Below, piece after piece: positions 9,877 through 18,721 of a stretch of 64,000 nucleotides of DNA (position 1 is the first letter of the stretch; each line of letters starts with the position of its first letter). The translations under genes were made by a program, and so were the position numbers. Where the stretch lies: contig CAVGNU010000001.1 of NCBI GenBank assembly GCA_963630775.1, positions 28,607 through 92,606 of the forward strand. The letters are read 5' to 3'. The DNA comes from Bacteroides fragilis. GTDB lineage: Bacteria; Pseudomonadota; Alphaproteobacteria; Rs-D84. A model generated the notes under the pieces. That model was given only the letters and a program-made list of their open reading frames with translations. It was not told the DNA's origin and did no database searches.

Positions 9877-9904
9877 AAAAAAACCGCCAATCGGCGGATT
9901 TTTT
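9876..9904 (-). terminator. rho-independent terminator of rpmH (bidirectional)
   Basis: AAAAAAACCGCCAATCGGCGGATTTTTT. Confidence 0.7.
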
Positions 9905-10055
9905 AGTTGGCGGCATTCACGGCCAAGCGTTTGCGCCCCGCCGCGCGACGACGATTCAAAACCTCGCGTCCGCCTTTGGTTGCCATTCTTTCACGAAAAC
10001 CGTGTGTCTGGACACGGCGTGTTTTAGATGGTTGATATGTACGTTTTGTTGCCAT
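9903..10055 (-). CDS. rpmH: 50S ribosomal protein L34
   Basis: Hand-translated 50-aa ORF below the 60-aa cutoff: [50 protein letters not shown]. Matches the L34 consensus (…RTFQPS…HGFR.RMAT…GR.VL..RR.KGRKRL). Confidence 0.9.
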   Translation of the reverse strand: MATKRTYQPSKTRRVQTHGFRERMATKGGREVLNRRRAAGRKRLAVNAAN

Positions 10056-10227
10056 AACTAAATCCTTTTGCGCGTATATTTAACCACAGGTTTTTATAAA
10101 ACGCAACCTTTTTATTTAGATTTTACCAATCCTAGTTTTTTCAGTCCCTCTAATATCAAATAGTAAGAGAACAACAATGAAAACAAACGCCAAAATGGTA
10201 AAAACATCGTTTTGTCCCGTGTTTAAG

Positions 10228-10458
10228 TTATCTTTTATGCTGCAATTTCTGGCACAGTGCGTTGATTGCAGTGTCTTTTAACGCTGCTGCCCGTGCGGCT
10301 GCGGCCTCGGCCACATTTATCATGTACAGGGTTGCCGCCGTGTTTATGCGAATGCCCTGTAATTGTATGCGCAAGAAAAAGTTGTTATCGCCGGTCATTT
10401 CCAGCATTTCATCAACAGTATCTTGTGTATCTTTAACGGCTTGTTTCAGTTTTTTCAT
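10228..10458 (-). CDS. hypothetical small protein
   Basis: 76-aa ORF upstream of rpmH. No convincing RBS. Ala-rich helical. Confidence 0.25.
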   Translation of the reverse strand: MKKLKQAVKDTQDTVDEMLEMTGDNNFFLRIQLQGIRINTAATLYMINVAEAAAARAAALKDTAINALCQKLQHKR

Positions 10459-10578
10459 AGCAGGCCCAGCATATCACAAATTGTTCTTTTGTCAATATGT
10501 TTTTTGGGGTTTATGTCTTGACCAAAAGCGTAAAAATTTGCTATTCTCTTTATATCAAAAATAGGGGAAAAGTAAAGT

Positions 10579-13323
10579 ATGTCTGAAATTATCAATAATA
10601 CCGATGACACGGCCGTTAAAATTCCACAGTCGTCCATTGAACATGAAATGCGTACCAGTTTCTTGGACTATGCGATGTCTGTTATTGTCGACCGCGCGTT
10701 GCCTGATGTTCGCGATGGTTGCAAGCCGGTGCATCGTCGAATTTTGTACGTTATGAACGATGTTGCGCCCGCAACAAAACCAACGGTTAAATCTGCCCGT
10801 ATTGTGGGCGAGGTTATGGGTAAATACCACCCCCATGGTGACAGTTCTATTTATGATGCAATGGCGCGTATGGCCCAAGATTTTTCTATGGGTGAAACAT
10901 TGGTTCAGGGGCAGGGTAACTTTGGCTCGCGTGACGGTGATAAACCCGCGGCCATGCGTTATACAGAGGCACGCTTGTCCAAACTGGGCGCATCGTTGAT
11001 GGACGATATGGATAAAGACACCGTTGATTGGCAACCGAACTTTGATGGTTCGTTGCAAGAACCGGTTGTTTTGCCGACCAAGTTTCCAAACCTGTTGGTA
11101 AATGGTGGTTCTGGTATTGCGGTTGGTATGGCAACGAACGTCCCAACATATAATCTGGGCGAAATTTGCAATGGTATTTTGGCAATTCTGGACAACAAAG
11201 ATATTTCAGACGATGAATTGTTTGGCATTATTCCTGGGCCTGATTTTCCAACAGGCGCAATCGTAATGGGGCGTGCCGGCGCGTACAAGGCGCACACAAC
11301 CGGTCGTGGTTCTATTATCATTCGTGCGAAAACGCATATGGAAAAATTCCATGATCACGATGCAATCGTTGTGGACGAAATTCCGTATCAGGTCAACAAG
11401 GCCCAGATGATTATTAAAATCGCCGAATTGATAAAAGATAAACGTATCGAGGGGATTTCTGAAATCCGTGATGAATCATCCAAGGAAGGGTTGCGTATCG
11501 TTGTTGAATTGAAACGTGATGCGATTGCGGACGTTGTACTGAATCATTTGTTCCAGTACACAGAAATGCAGACGAATTTCCCAGTGAACATGATGGCACT
11601 GAATCGTGGTCGCCCAATGCTGTTCAATATTCGTGGTGTTCTGGACGCGTTCATTGATTTCCGGTGCGAGGTTATTCGTCGCCGCACGATTTTCGATTTG
11701 AACAAGGCGCGTGCCCGCGCGCATACATTGCTGGGGCTGTCCGTTGCGGTTGGTAATTTGGACGAAGTTATTGAATTGATTAAATCCAGTCCAAACCCAG
11801 ATGCCGCGCGTGATGCGTTGGTATCGCGTGGTTGGCGTGCGTCGGACATCGAATCATACATCCAGCTGATTGATGATCCAAACACAGAATACAAAGACGG
11901 CATGTTCTATATGTCCGAAGATCAGGCGCGTGCAATTCTGGAATTACAGTTGCATCGTTTGACCGGTTTGGAACGTGACAAGATTCACGAAGATTTGACC
12001 GAACTGGGCGCGTTGATAAAAGACCTGTTGGACATTTTGGGCAGTCACGAACGTATCGTTCAAATCATTCGCGACGAAACCGCGTCTGTGCGCGATAACT
12101 GGTCATCACCACGTCGCACAGAAATTTCCGATGCCGAAATCGACATTGATATCGAAGATTTGATTGCCCGCGAAGATATGGTTGTCACCGTGTCGAATAC
12201 TGGTTATATCAAACGTGTTGCGCTGGATACATATCGTGCCCAGAAACGCGGGGGCAAGGGGCGCAATGCCATGACGACCAAGGATGACGATTACGTGGTT
12301 CAGGTGTTCGTTGCAAACACGCACACACCACTGTTGTTCTTCAGTTCCAAGGGGCTGTGCTATAAACTGAAAACGTACAAGTTGCCAGAGGCGGCAGCCG
12401 CGGCCAAGGGACGCCCACTGGTCAACCTGTTGCCACTGGAAAATGGCGAAACAATTACGGCAATCCTGCCAGTACCCGAAGAAGAGGTTGAACGTGTTCG
12501 TGCATCGGGCAAGGAACATTTCCTGATGTTTGCAACCGCGTCTGGTACAGTGCGTCGTAACCGTATGTCTGATTTCGATTCTATTCGTGCAAACGGTAAA
12601 ATTGCAATGAAACTGGATGACGGCGACAGTTTGATTTCTGTCTTGCCATGTAACACAGACCAAGATGTGTTCTTGGCGACATATCGTGGTCGCTGCATAC
12701 GATTCCCAGTGGACGAAATCCGCGTATTTGCCGGCCGTAATTCAACCGGTGTACGTGGCATGAATCTGGGCGCAGATGATCGCATTATTGGTATGGCAAT
12801 GCTGAACCACGGTGAATCTGATGCGGCGGTTCGTGCGGCATATATCAAACAATCACGCGCGGCACGCCGTGCGGCAACCGGTGTTGACGAAGAGGCATCT
12901 GACGAAGACGAAGAAGCAACATCATTGGTTCTGACCGATGACCAGATGGCACAAATGTCGGCAACCGAACAGTTTATTTTGACTATATCTGAAAACGGTT
13001 TCGGTAAACGCACCAGTGCATATGAATATCGTACAACGCACCGTGGCGGAAATGGGTTCGCAAACATCAAACTGGGCGGCAAGAATACCGCGGTTGCGGG
13101 TTCATTCCCCGTGGAAAATGGTCACGACGTTATGATGGTAACCGATGGCGGTAAAATCATCCGTACACCGGTTGACGATGTCCGTATTGCGGGTCGCGCA
13201 ACGGCGGGTGTAACGTTGTTCCGCACGGGCGAAAACGAACGCGTGGTGTCCGCTATCTCTATCGTCAGTGACGAAGCCGAAGAGGCAGAAGTCGCGGCCG
13301 ACGCAGCACAAATCACAGAATAA
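10579..13323 (+). CDS. gyrA: DNA gyrase subunit A
   Basis: 914 aa. Motifs AMSVIVDRALPDVRDGCKPVHRRILY, active-site Tyr region and QRDR-like HPHGDSS. C-terminal beta-pinwheel with acidic insertions. Confidence 0.97.
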   Translation: MSEIINNTDDTAVKIPQSSIEHEMRTSFLDYAMSVIVDRALPDVRDGCKPVHRRILYVMNDVAPATKPTVKSARIVGEVMGKYHPHGDSSIYDAMARMAQDFSMGETLVQGQGNFGSRDGDKPAAMRYTEARLSKLGASLMDDMDKDTVDWQPNFDGSLQEPVVLPTKFPNLLVNGGSGIAVGMATNVPTYNLGEICNGILAILDNKDISDDELFGIIPGPDFPTGAIVMGRAGAYKAHTTGRGSIIIRAKTHMEKFHDHDAIVVDEIPYQVNKAQMIIKIAELIKDKRIEGISEIRDESSKEGLRIVVELKRDAIADVVLNHLFQYTEMQTNFPVNMMALNRGRPMLFNIRGVLDAFIDFRCEVIRRRTIFDLNKARARAHTLLGLSVAVGNLDEVIELIKSSPNPDAARDALVSRGWRASDIESYIQLIDDPNTEYKDGMFYMSEDQARAILELQLHRLTGLERDKIHEDLTELGALIKDLLDILGSHERIVQIIRDETASVRDNWSSPRRTEISDAEIDIDIEDLIAREDMVVTVSNTGYIKRVALDTYRAQKRGGKGRNAMTTKDDDYVVQVFVANTHTPLLFFSSKGLCYKLKTYKLPEAAAAAKGRPLVNLLPLENGETITAILPVPEEEVERVRASGKEHFLMFATASGTVRRNRMSDFDSIRANGKIAMKLDDGDSLISVLPCNTDQDVFLATYRGRCIRFPVDEIRVFAGRNSTGVRGMNLGADDRIIGMAMLNHGESDAAVRAAYIKQSRAARRAATGVDEEASDEDEEATSLVLTDDQMAQMSATEQFILTISENGFGKRTSAYEYRTTHRGGNGFANIKLGGKNTAVAGSFPVENGHDVMMVTDGGKIIRTPVDDVRIAGRATAGVTLFRTGENERVVSAISIVSDEAEEAEVAADAAQITE

Positions 13324-13337
13324 TCACGGGGGCGCGT

Positions 13338-13730
13338 ATGCAAAACACTGAATACTTTGCGTCAATAAACGAAGTGTCCAAACAGTTGGGCATACCCGCG
13401 CATACCCTGCGTTATTGGGAACGCCAGTTTCCCGTTGCCATAAAGCCGACAACGGGGGCGGGCGGTCGCCGTTACTATCGCGTTGAGACGGTTGCACGCC
13501 TGACGGTGATACGTGATTTGCTCTACACACGCGGCATGACAATCGCGGGGGTAAAAAAACTGTTGCGTGATGGCACATTCCCGGACACCGCGTCCGCATT
13601 AAATATTGCGCCGACGGCTGCCGCCACCACCACACCCAGTGCGCCCACACCGCAAAATCACGCCGATGAAATTGACACCGCGATTGATTTATTATTGTCC
13701 GCCAAACAGTTATTGACGGTGGCGCAATGA
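13338..13730 (+). CDS. MerR-family transcriptional regulator
   Basis: N-terminal HTH_MerR (…VSKQLGIPAHTLRYWERQF…GRRYY…). 3' end overlaps the next ORF. Confidence 0.8.
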   Translation: MQNTEYFASINEVSKQLGIPAHTLRYWERQFPVAIKPTTGAGGRRYYRVETVARLTVIRDLLYTRGMTIAGVKKLLRDGTFPDTASALNIAPTAAATTTPSAPTPQNHADEIDTAIDLLLSAKQLLTVAQ

Positions 13731-14482
13731 TATATAAATCAATGCCACATTTTTTAACAAACCTGCTGTGTGCGTTTGTATGGAATAAACGTGAACGCAA
13801 TCGTGTGCGTGCGGTTTTGAATTCGCCAATGGCGCGCGAAATTCGTTTTATTCGTCGCGATTTGGGTACAAAGATATTCAAAATAAAAACATTCGTTGGT
13901 TATCAGGGGCGCAGTTTGCTGATTGCCGTCAACGACCAATGGATATACAAGTTTCCACTGTATCGCAGCAATTTTCGCAAATTGGCGGAAAATGAAAAAC
14001 GCATTGTTGATGCGCTGCAACCGATTTCGCCGATACATATCCCATCGGTTGAATTGCTGTATATGGGGCGCGATAAAATCCCCGTTCGTAAATACGAATT
14101 TGTACATGGTTGTGGCGTGCGCCAGTTAAATCCTAATATGGTCTTGAAATACAAAACAAAATTAGCACGCCAACTGGCAAACTTTTTATATCAGGTGGCC
14201 AGTGCCGATCCCACTGAAATTCGCGATTTGAAACCGACGCCCGATGATGCACCGCGTTATATGTACGGCTGGTCACAGGGTGATTTGTGCGATAACTTTT
14301 TCGCAGATCCCAAAACGATGCAGGTCATTGCAATTATTGATTGGGAAGATGCGCATTTCGGTGACCTGTCGCCCCAGATGGGGTATAACAAAAATTCACC
14401 CCAGCGTGAATTGATGGACGCGGTGCGTCACGAATATGACGTGCTGTATAAATCTGGTTGCAAACGCGTGAAAAAGCGTTAG
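13727..14482 (+). CDS. aminoglycoside-phosphotransferase-like (APH/ChoK fold) kinase family protein
   Basis: C-terminal half has the Brenner and DFG-like motifs of the APH family (…WSQGDLCDNFF…IAIIDWEDAHFGD…). Translationally coupled to the MerR gene (ATGA overlap). Confidence 0.55.
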   Translation: MIYKSMPHFLTNLLCAFVWNKRERNRVRAVLNSPMAREIRFIRRDLGTKIFKIKTFVGYQGRSLLIAVNDQWIYKFPLYRSNFRKLAENEKRIVDALQPISPIHIPSVELLYMGRDKIPVRKYEFVHGCGVRQLNPNMVLKYKTKLARQLANFLYQVASADPTEIRDLKPTPDDAPRYMYGWSQGDLCDNFFADPKTMQVIAIIDWEDAHFGDLSPQMGYNKNSPQRELMDAVRHEYDVLYKSGCKRVKKR

Positions 14483-14504
14483 CATAACCCCGCTGTCGCA
14501 GGGC

Positions 14505-14858
14505 ACTTTTATTTTGGCAGTCCCGTGCGGGGCTTGGCTGCCGCCGCCCTTGCAAAATTTGCTGACGCAAACCGGCATGCGTCCGCCTGCCTTTTTGCCG
14601 CAGGTCGAACCCCAACCGCGGTGTTCGATTCCCCATGTGACATACAACAAAATAAAAACCGCCGAACAAGTCGACGCTTTTTATTTTGGCAGTCCCGTGC
14701 GGGGCTTGGCTGCCGCCGCCCTTGCAAAATTTGCTGACGCAAACCGGCATGCGTCCGCCTGCCTTTTTGCCGCAGGTCGAACCCCAACCGCGGTGTTCGA
14801 TTCCCCATGTGACATACAACAAAATAAAAACCGCCGAACAAGTCGGCGTTCTTTATTT
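14505..14858. repeat. two tandem 172-bp direct repeats, each ending (minus-strand sense) with the tRNA-Glu 3' terminus GGGACUGCCA plus a terminator hairpin
   Basis: Units 14515-14686 and 14687-14858 are >95% identical. Each starts (plus strand) with TGGCAGTCCC, identical to the 3' end of the adjacent tRNA-Glu, and contains T-arm-like GGTTCGA segments and a CGCCGAC…GTCGGCG hairpin with a T-run. Confidence 0.8.
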
Positions 14859-14933
14859 TGGCAGTCCCAAGGGGAATCGAACCCCTGTTCTCAGAATGAG
14901 AATCTGATGTCCTGACCGCTAGACGATGGGACC
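14859..14933 (-). tRNA. tRNA-Glu (anticodon CUC)
   Basis: Hand-folded cloverleaf: GGTCCCA acceptor, anticodon stem TCAGA/TCTGA with loop TTCTCAT, T-arm AGGGG-TTCGATT-CCCCT, 3' TGGGACT-G-CCA. Terminator immediately downstream. Confidence 0.85.
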
Positions 14934-15046
14934 AAACGGCATAATCATATCAGGATTTTTTGCGCTTTGCAAATAATTCAGCGCGATTGACAAAAATCCA
15001 AGGTTGTTTTAGAATCCGACCGTAATGACTTTTATACGGGGGTAGC

Positions 15047-16093
15047 ATGTTACGCAAACTGTCTAAAATATTTATCGGACTGGCAATCGTTGTTGGCGTA
15101 ATCAGCGCGGGATTGTTGCTGTCACATACGTACTTTAACGATTATTTCTTTGATTCAATTACCGGTATGCAGCATCCCGCATCAAAGTTCTTGTCGCCTG
15201 ACGCGCGCGATTTAACCATTCTGGTTGCAGCGGATTCTGGGTCTAATAATTACGTGCTGGAAAATGTAATTGCAGACGCACGCCGCATTGAACCAAAGTA
15301 CGATTTTATGATGCATTTGGGCGATATGGCTATAACGGGATCTATCACCGGTTATTATTGGATGTTGGAAGAAATCAGACCCCGTCTGGGCGATATTCCA
15401 TTGTTCGCCGTCCCTGGCAATCACGACGTAACCCAGCATATCGGCTATGCCAAATACGAACATTATAACAAGGCACTGTACAGCACGGTTATGGGCCTGC
15501 CATATTATTGGTTCGGCTATGGTGATACATTGTTTATCGTACTGGATACATCAACATTGGATGTTGATGATGAACAGTTTGTTTGGCTGGATCAGACCAT
15601 GACCAAAATTCGCCCAATGTTCCGCCACTGTGTAATATTCAACCATATGCCACCGGTCAACGCGCGCCCTGATTTTATCAAGGGACACACAATGGCCCCC
15701 GCGATGGCTGAAAAATTGGCGGCGGTAATCCAGAAACATCATAAAAAGATTGATGCAATGTTGTGCGGTCATGTCCACTTTACATCACAAACCAAATGGG
15801 CGGGCATTCCTCTGTACACCGTCACCGCCAGTGGTCAGGGCGTTCGTGACAAAGACAACCCAAACTATGGCTATGCGGTCTTGAAAATTTCCAAGAATGG
15901 CGCGGTTACGGTCGAACCACACCATATCGCACATCAGGGTGCATTGCGTGAATATTTCGAAGAATGGTGGGCGCGTGATTTGTTGAGTGTCAAAGCCCAA
16001 GAATTACTGTCCACATTGTTGCAAGTATTCGGCGTGTGCTTGGTGCTGGGGATTGGCCTGCGCCTGTATGATAAATACCGCACCACCAAGTAA
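15047..16093 (+). CDS. membrane-anchored calcineurin-like metallophosphoesterase
   Basis: N- and C-terminal TM helices. Metallophos motifs GDMAITG, VPGNHD, GHVH. Confidence 0.8.
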   Translation: MLRKLSKIFIGLAIVVGVISAGLLLSHTYFNDYFFDSITGMQHPASKFLSPDARDLTILVAADSGSNNYVLENVIADARRIEPKYDFMMHLGDMAITGSITGYYWMLEEIRPRLGDIPLFAVPGNHDVTQHIGYAKYEHYNKALYSTVMGLPYYWFGYGDTLFIVLDTSTLDVDDEQFVWLDQTMTKIRPMFRHCVIFNHMPPVNARPDFIKGHTMAPAMAEKLAAVIQKHHKKIDAMLCGHVHFTSQTKWAGIPLYTVTASGQGVRDKDNPNYGYAVLKISKNGAVTVEPHHIAHQGALREYFEEWWARDLLSVKAQELLSTLLQVFGVCLVLGIGLRLYDKYRTTK

Positions 16094-16169
16094 TCAAAAA
16101 TCCCACGTCTGTGGGATTTTTGATTTTCGGTTATGCTTGGTGTGTAATTCTCAAACGGTTCAAGTGATT

Positions 16170-16847
16170 TTATTCGTATTTTTTTAGTAACTCTTTCCAC
16201 ACTTGTGGTGCATTTACTTCATCAAAGTAGTCATTCAAAAATTTAACAATGGTTTGATGTTTCCTTTCTGCATATTTGCGTCCTGGTTCAGTTAAACACA
16301 TATCGCGCAAATGAAATATTTTAACAAAAAAGTGATTTACGCACGAATCGATTTTTGATTTTCTGTACGTTTCGGCATCCATTTCTTTTGGAAAATAATC
16401 TGGGTCAAAAAATGGTTGGCCTGTTCCAGACCGATATTCAATACACCGTAACAGACCTGTGCATCCGGACGCGTCGCACATGTCTGCATCGGACACAACA
16501 GCACCTTCGATACCGTATACTGCAATACCCTTTAACCGTTTACTGTATCCAATAGTTTTTACAATATTGATACATTTTTTACAGAATTCGGCATCAAATC
16601 CAGACCCCGATAGTATACGTTTAGTATTGGTCATCAGACGTTCTGATTCTTCGCCAAACAGTTTATAATCATCACAATCATGCAATAATGCCGCTGCGGC
16701 CACCAAATCACGATTAGCGGATGGAATACCTTCACAAAATTTCATTGCCGTGTTATAAACACGAAACACGTGTTGATGGTCATGTCCATTAGAGTTTGTT
16801 TTAAGTAATTCAAACACCTCGTTTTTTATATATTTAATGCCTGTCAT
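16170..16847 (-). CDS. HD-domain metal-dependent phosphohydrolase
   Basis: H…HD…H…D signature (HDHQHVFRV…ALLHDCDDYK…). AT-rich gene. Confidence 0.75.
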   Translation of the reverse strand: MTGIKYIKNEVFELLKTNSNGHDHQHVFRVYNTAMKFCEGIPSANRDLVAAAALLHDCDDYKLFGEESERLMTNTKRILSGSGFDAEFCKKCINIVKTIGYSKRLKGIAVYGIEGAVVSDADMCDASGCTGLLRCIEYRSGTGQPFFDPDYFPKEMDAETYRKSKIDSCVNHFFVKIFHLRDMCLTEPGRKYAERKHQTIVKFLNDYFDEVNAPQVWKELLKKYE

Positions 16848-17436
16848 ACCAGATCCTTTTTCTTGCCGTATGATATGTTATCATAAAAAATTTACATTGC
16901 GTATACCACAATAAAAAACGCCCCGTGCGGGCGTTGTTTATTGGTGTCGGCAGCAACCATAAAACAATGGTTTACAATAATTCCACAGATGTTATAACTG
17001 TGTCGGCTGACAGCGGAATATATAAAATAAAGCCGGACAGCGCGCTGAATATTTATTCCGCAGAAAACCTGACCATAAACAGTGCTGGTGAAAACGGTTC
17101 GCAGACAAACGTCGTGCGGCAATTAAATACTCCGGCGGTAATATTGGATGTTTTTCCAGGATTTTTCCTGGGGATAATCCCTATACTGGTGGATGCCGTG
17201 TCAAACAATCTGTATAAAATGCCATCAACATACTCGTATTCGTGTTGATACATCACCCGCAACTGTGGGGGATTTTAATTGGACTTGTCACGCAATATTG
17301 TGGTATAAGAAATAATAAAATATAACGACGGGGGCAAAATGTATTTTTACGAAAAACATAAAAGATTGTTCAAAAAATTGTTCAGTATATTTATTTCATC
17401 ACGCAGCCATAGATATTATTTGAATACAATTTTATC

Positions 17437-18267
17437 GTGGCCGGGGGGGGGGGGGGAGATTTTAGAAACAAAGAAAAGCAGTTAATGACGGCGCGGTCGG
17501 AGAAATCAGAATTTCCAAATTTTCTGTCTGTGGTTGCCATTATGAAAAATGAAGCGAAATATTTGCAGGAATGGTTGGAATATTACAGGATTATTGGGGT
17601 GGATAAATTTTATCTGTATGATAACGGCAGCACAGATGAAACAGCAAAAATTTTGAAACCGTATATAGAATCTGGAATTGTCGAGTTAACTTATTTGCTG
17701 GGCGAAAAAATGCAGATTCCCGCATATACAGATTTTATAACACGTTTCAAAAATGATACTAAATGGGCCATAATTGTAGATTTGGATGAATTTGTTGTTT
17801 CCAAAAAGTGTGGCATAACCGATTTCTTGAGAAAATTACCAAACAAAGTCTCACAGATAATTGTGCCGTGGATTTTCTTTGGTTCAAATGGGCATAAAAC
17901 ACAACCAGATGGGTTGGTCATTGAAAATTATACTAAACGAGCCACAAAACCACGATTGTATAAATCTATTATAAATCCACGACGGGTTCTGGTAATGAAA
18001 TGTCATGAGCACACGGTGGTTGGAAAAACAATTTTTCAAAAAATGGATACTTTGTTGGTAAATCACTATTATTGCAAATCTCTGCAAGAGTATTTACGAC
18101 GCGCAAACCGTGGTGATGCGTTGAATGGGAATGATTTTGCACAAAAAGAATTTGTTAAATCTACATTTGATAAATTTGATACGAATGATGTGCCAGATTT
18201 GTTTATTCAGCAATATGTTCCAGCAATAAAAGACAGAATGAAAAAATTTATCCCGCCACAGGGGTAA
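17437..18267 (+). CDS. glycosyltransferase (GT2-like / GT92-DUF23-type fold)
   Basis: Motifs …VVAIMKNEAKYLQEWLEYYRIIGVDKFYLYDNGSTDET… and …IIVDLDEF…. Very AT-rich relative to flanking genes. In-frame ATG at 17485 is an alternative start. Confidence 0.7.
   Translation: MAGGGGGDFRNKEKQLMTARSEKSEFPNFLSVVAIMKNEAKYLQEWLEYYRIIGVDKFYLYDNGSTDETAKILKPYIESGIVELTYLLGEKMQIPAYTDFITRFKNDTKWAIIVDLDEFVVSKKCGITDFLRKLPNKVSQIIVPWIFFGSNGHKTQPDGLVIENYTKRATKPRLYKSIINPRRVLVMKCHEHTVVGKTIFQKMDTLLVNHYYCKSLQEYLRRANRGDALNGNDFAQKEFVKSTFDKFDTNDVPDLFIQQYVPAIKDRMKKFIPPQG
17443..17456 (+). repeat. G14 homopolymeric tract (candidate slipped-strand phase-variation switch)
   Basis: 14 consecutive G at the 5' end of the glycosyltransferase ORF. 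The upstream ORF from ATG 17339 terminates just after the tract in the +1 frame. One extra G would fuse the two frames. Confidence 0.8.
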
Positions 18268-18345
18268 GATTCTTGGAAACTATGTGGAGGAGATAGGACA
18301 TGCCGGGTTCCCTCGGCACAGTTGTGGCTGCAAAATGGGGGATAT

Positions 18346-18591
18346 CTAATTCCAGAAATGTCTGTTCGCGAATGCCTGACCTGAACCTGTTTTCAGATAT
18401 TTTTCAAATTCGGCGGCGGCATGACGACCAGAAAAGGCGAAATAATTCACCAATTTCCATGGTGTGTACTTTGATGTGTGAAACGAATAACCAGAATTGT
18501 GTTGTTTCAGTCGTTTTTGTAAATCATCGGTCATACCAATGTACCGTTGGTCTGGATTTGAAATACTTCTGATTAAATATACGTAAAACAT
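18346..18591 (-). CDS. GIY-YIG nuclease superfamily protein (UPF0213/YhbQ-like)
   Basis: Trimmed to ATG 18591 (MFYVYLIRS…) so it does not run into the tRNA. GIY…YIG motif YVYLIRS…RYIGMTDDLQKRLKQHN. Confidence 0.65.
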   Translation of the reverse strand: MFYVYLIRSISNPDQRYIGMTDDLQKRLKQHNSGYSFHTSKYTPWKLVNYFAFSGRHAAAEFEKYLKTGSGQAFANRHFWN

Positions 18592-18721
18592 AATTCCATA
18601 ATAAAAAAACAGGAAATAAACGTCAAGTAATTCGCCACACTTCGTTAAAACTACGTGTGGCACTCCTTCTTGTAACTGTGCCGCTTGGGCTTGCCGCCCG
18701 AAGCGTCGCAGACGCGAAGGG

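Noticed and set aside
10555-13082. Several 100-240-aa minus-strand ORFs within gyrA
   Set aside because: Antisense to an unambiguous gyrA reading frame.
14505-14858. Tandem repeats as a two-piece (permuted) alphaproteobacterial tmRNA gene
   Set aside because: The unit ends in …GCCA like a tRNA-like domain, but no reading frame in either strand yields a tag peptide beginning with Ala and ending in …AA-stop. The unit is duplicated identically, which is unexpected for ssrA.
14505-14858. CRISPR array
   Set aside because: Only two long (172 bp) identical units with no unique spacers. Repeats are far longer than CRISPR repeats and no cas genes are nearby.
14514-14915. 133-aa and 70-aa plus-strand ORFs spanning the tandem repeats and the tRNA-Glu
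   Set aside because: They run through a repeat array and an RNA gene. Their internal duplication simply reflects the repeat.
16925-17248. 107-aa plus-strand ORF after the HD gene
   Set aside because: Its ATG lies within a terminator hairpin (CGCCCCGTGCGGGCG). No RBS, low-complexity sequence. Overlapping minus-strand ORFs are equally unconvincing, so the region is left unannotated.
17443-17456. Poly-G as a promoter-spacer phase-variation element
   Set aside because: A TTGAAT -35-like hexamer exists upstream, but no acceptable -10 hexamer follows the tract. The coding-frame explanation fits better, though it cannot be excluded without data.
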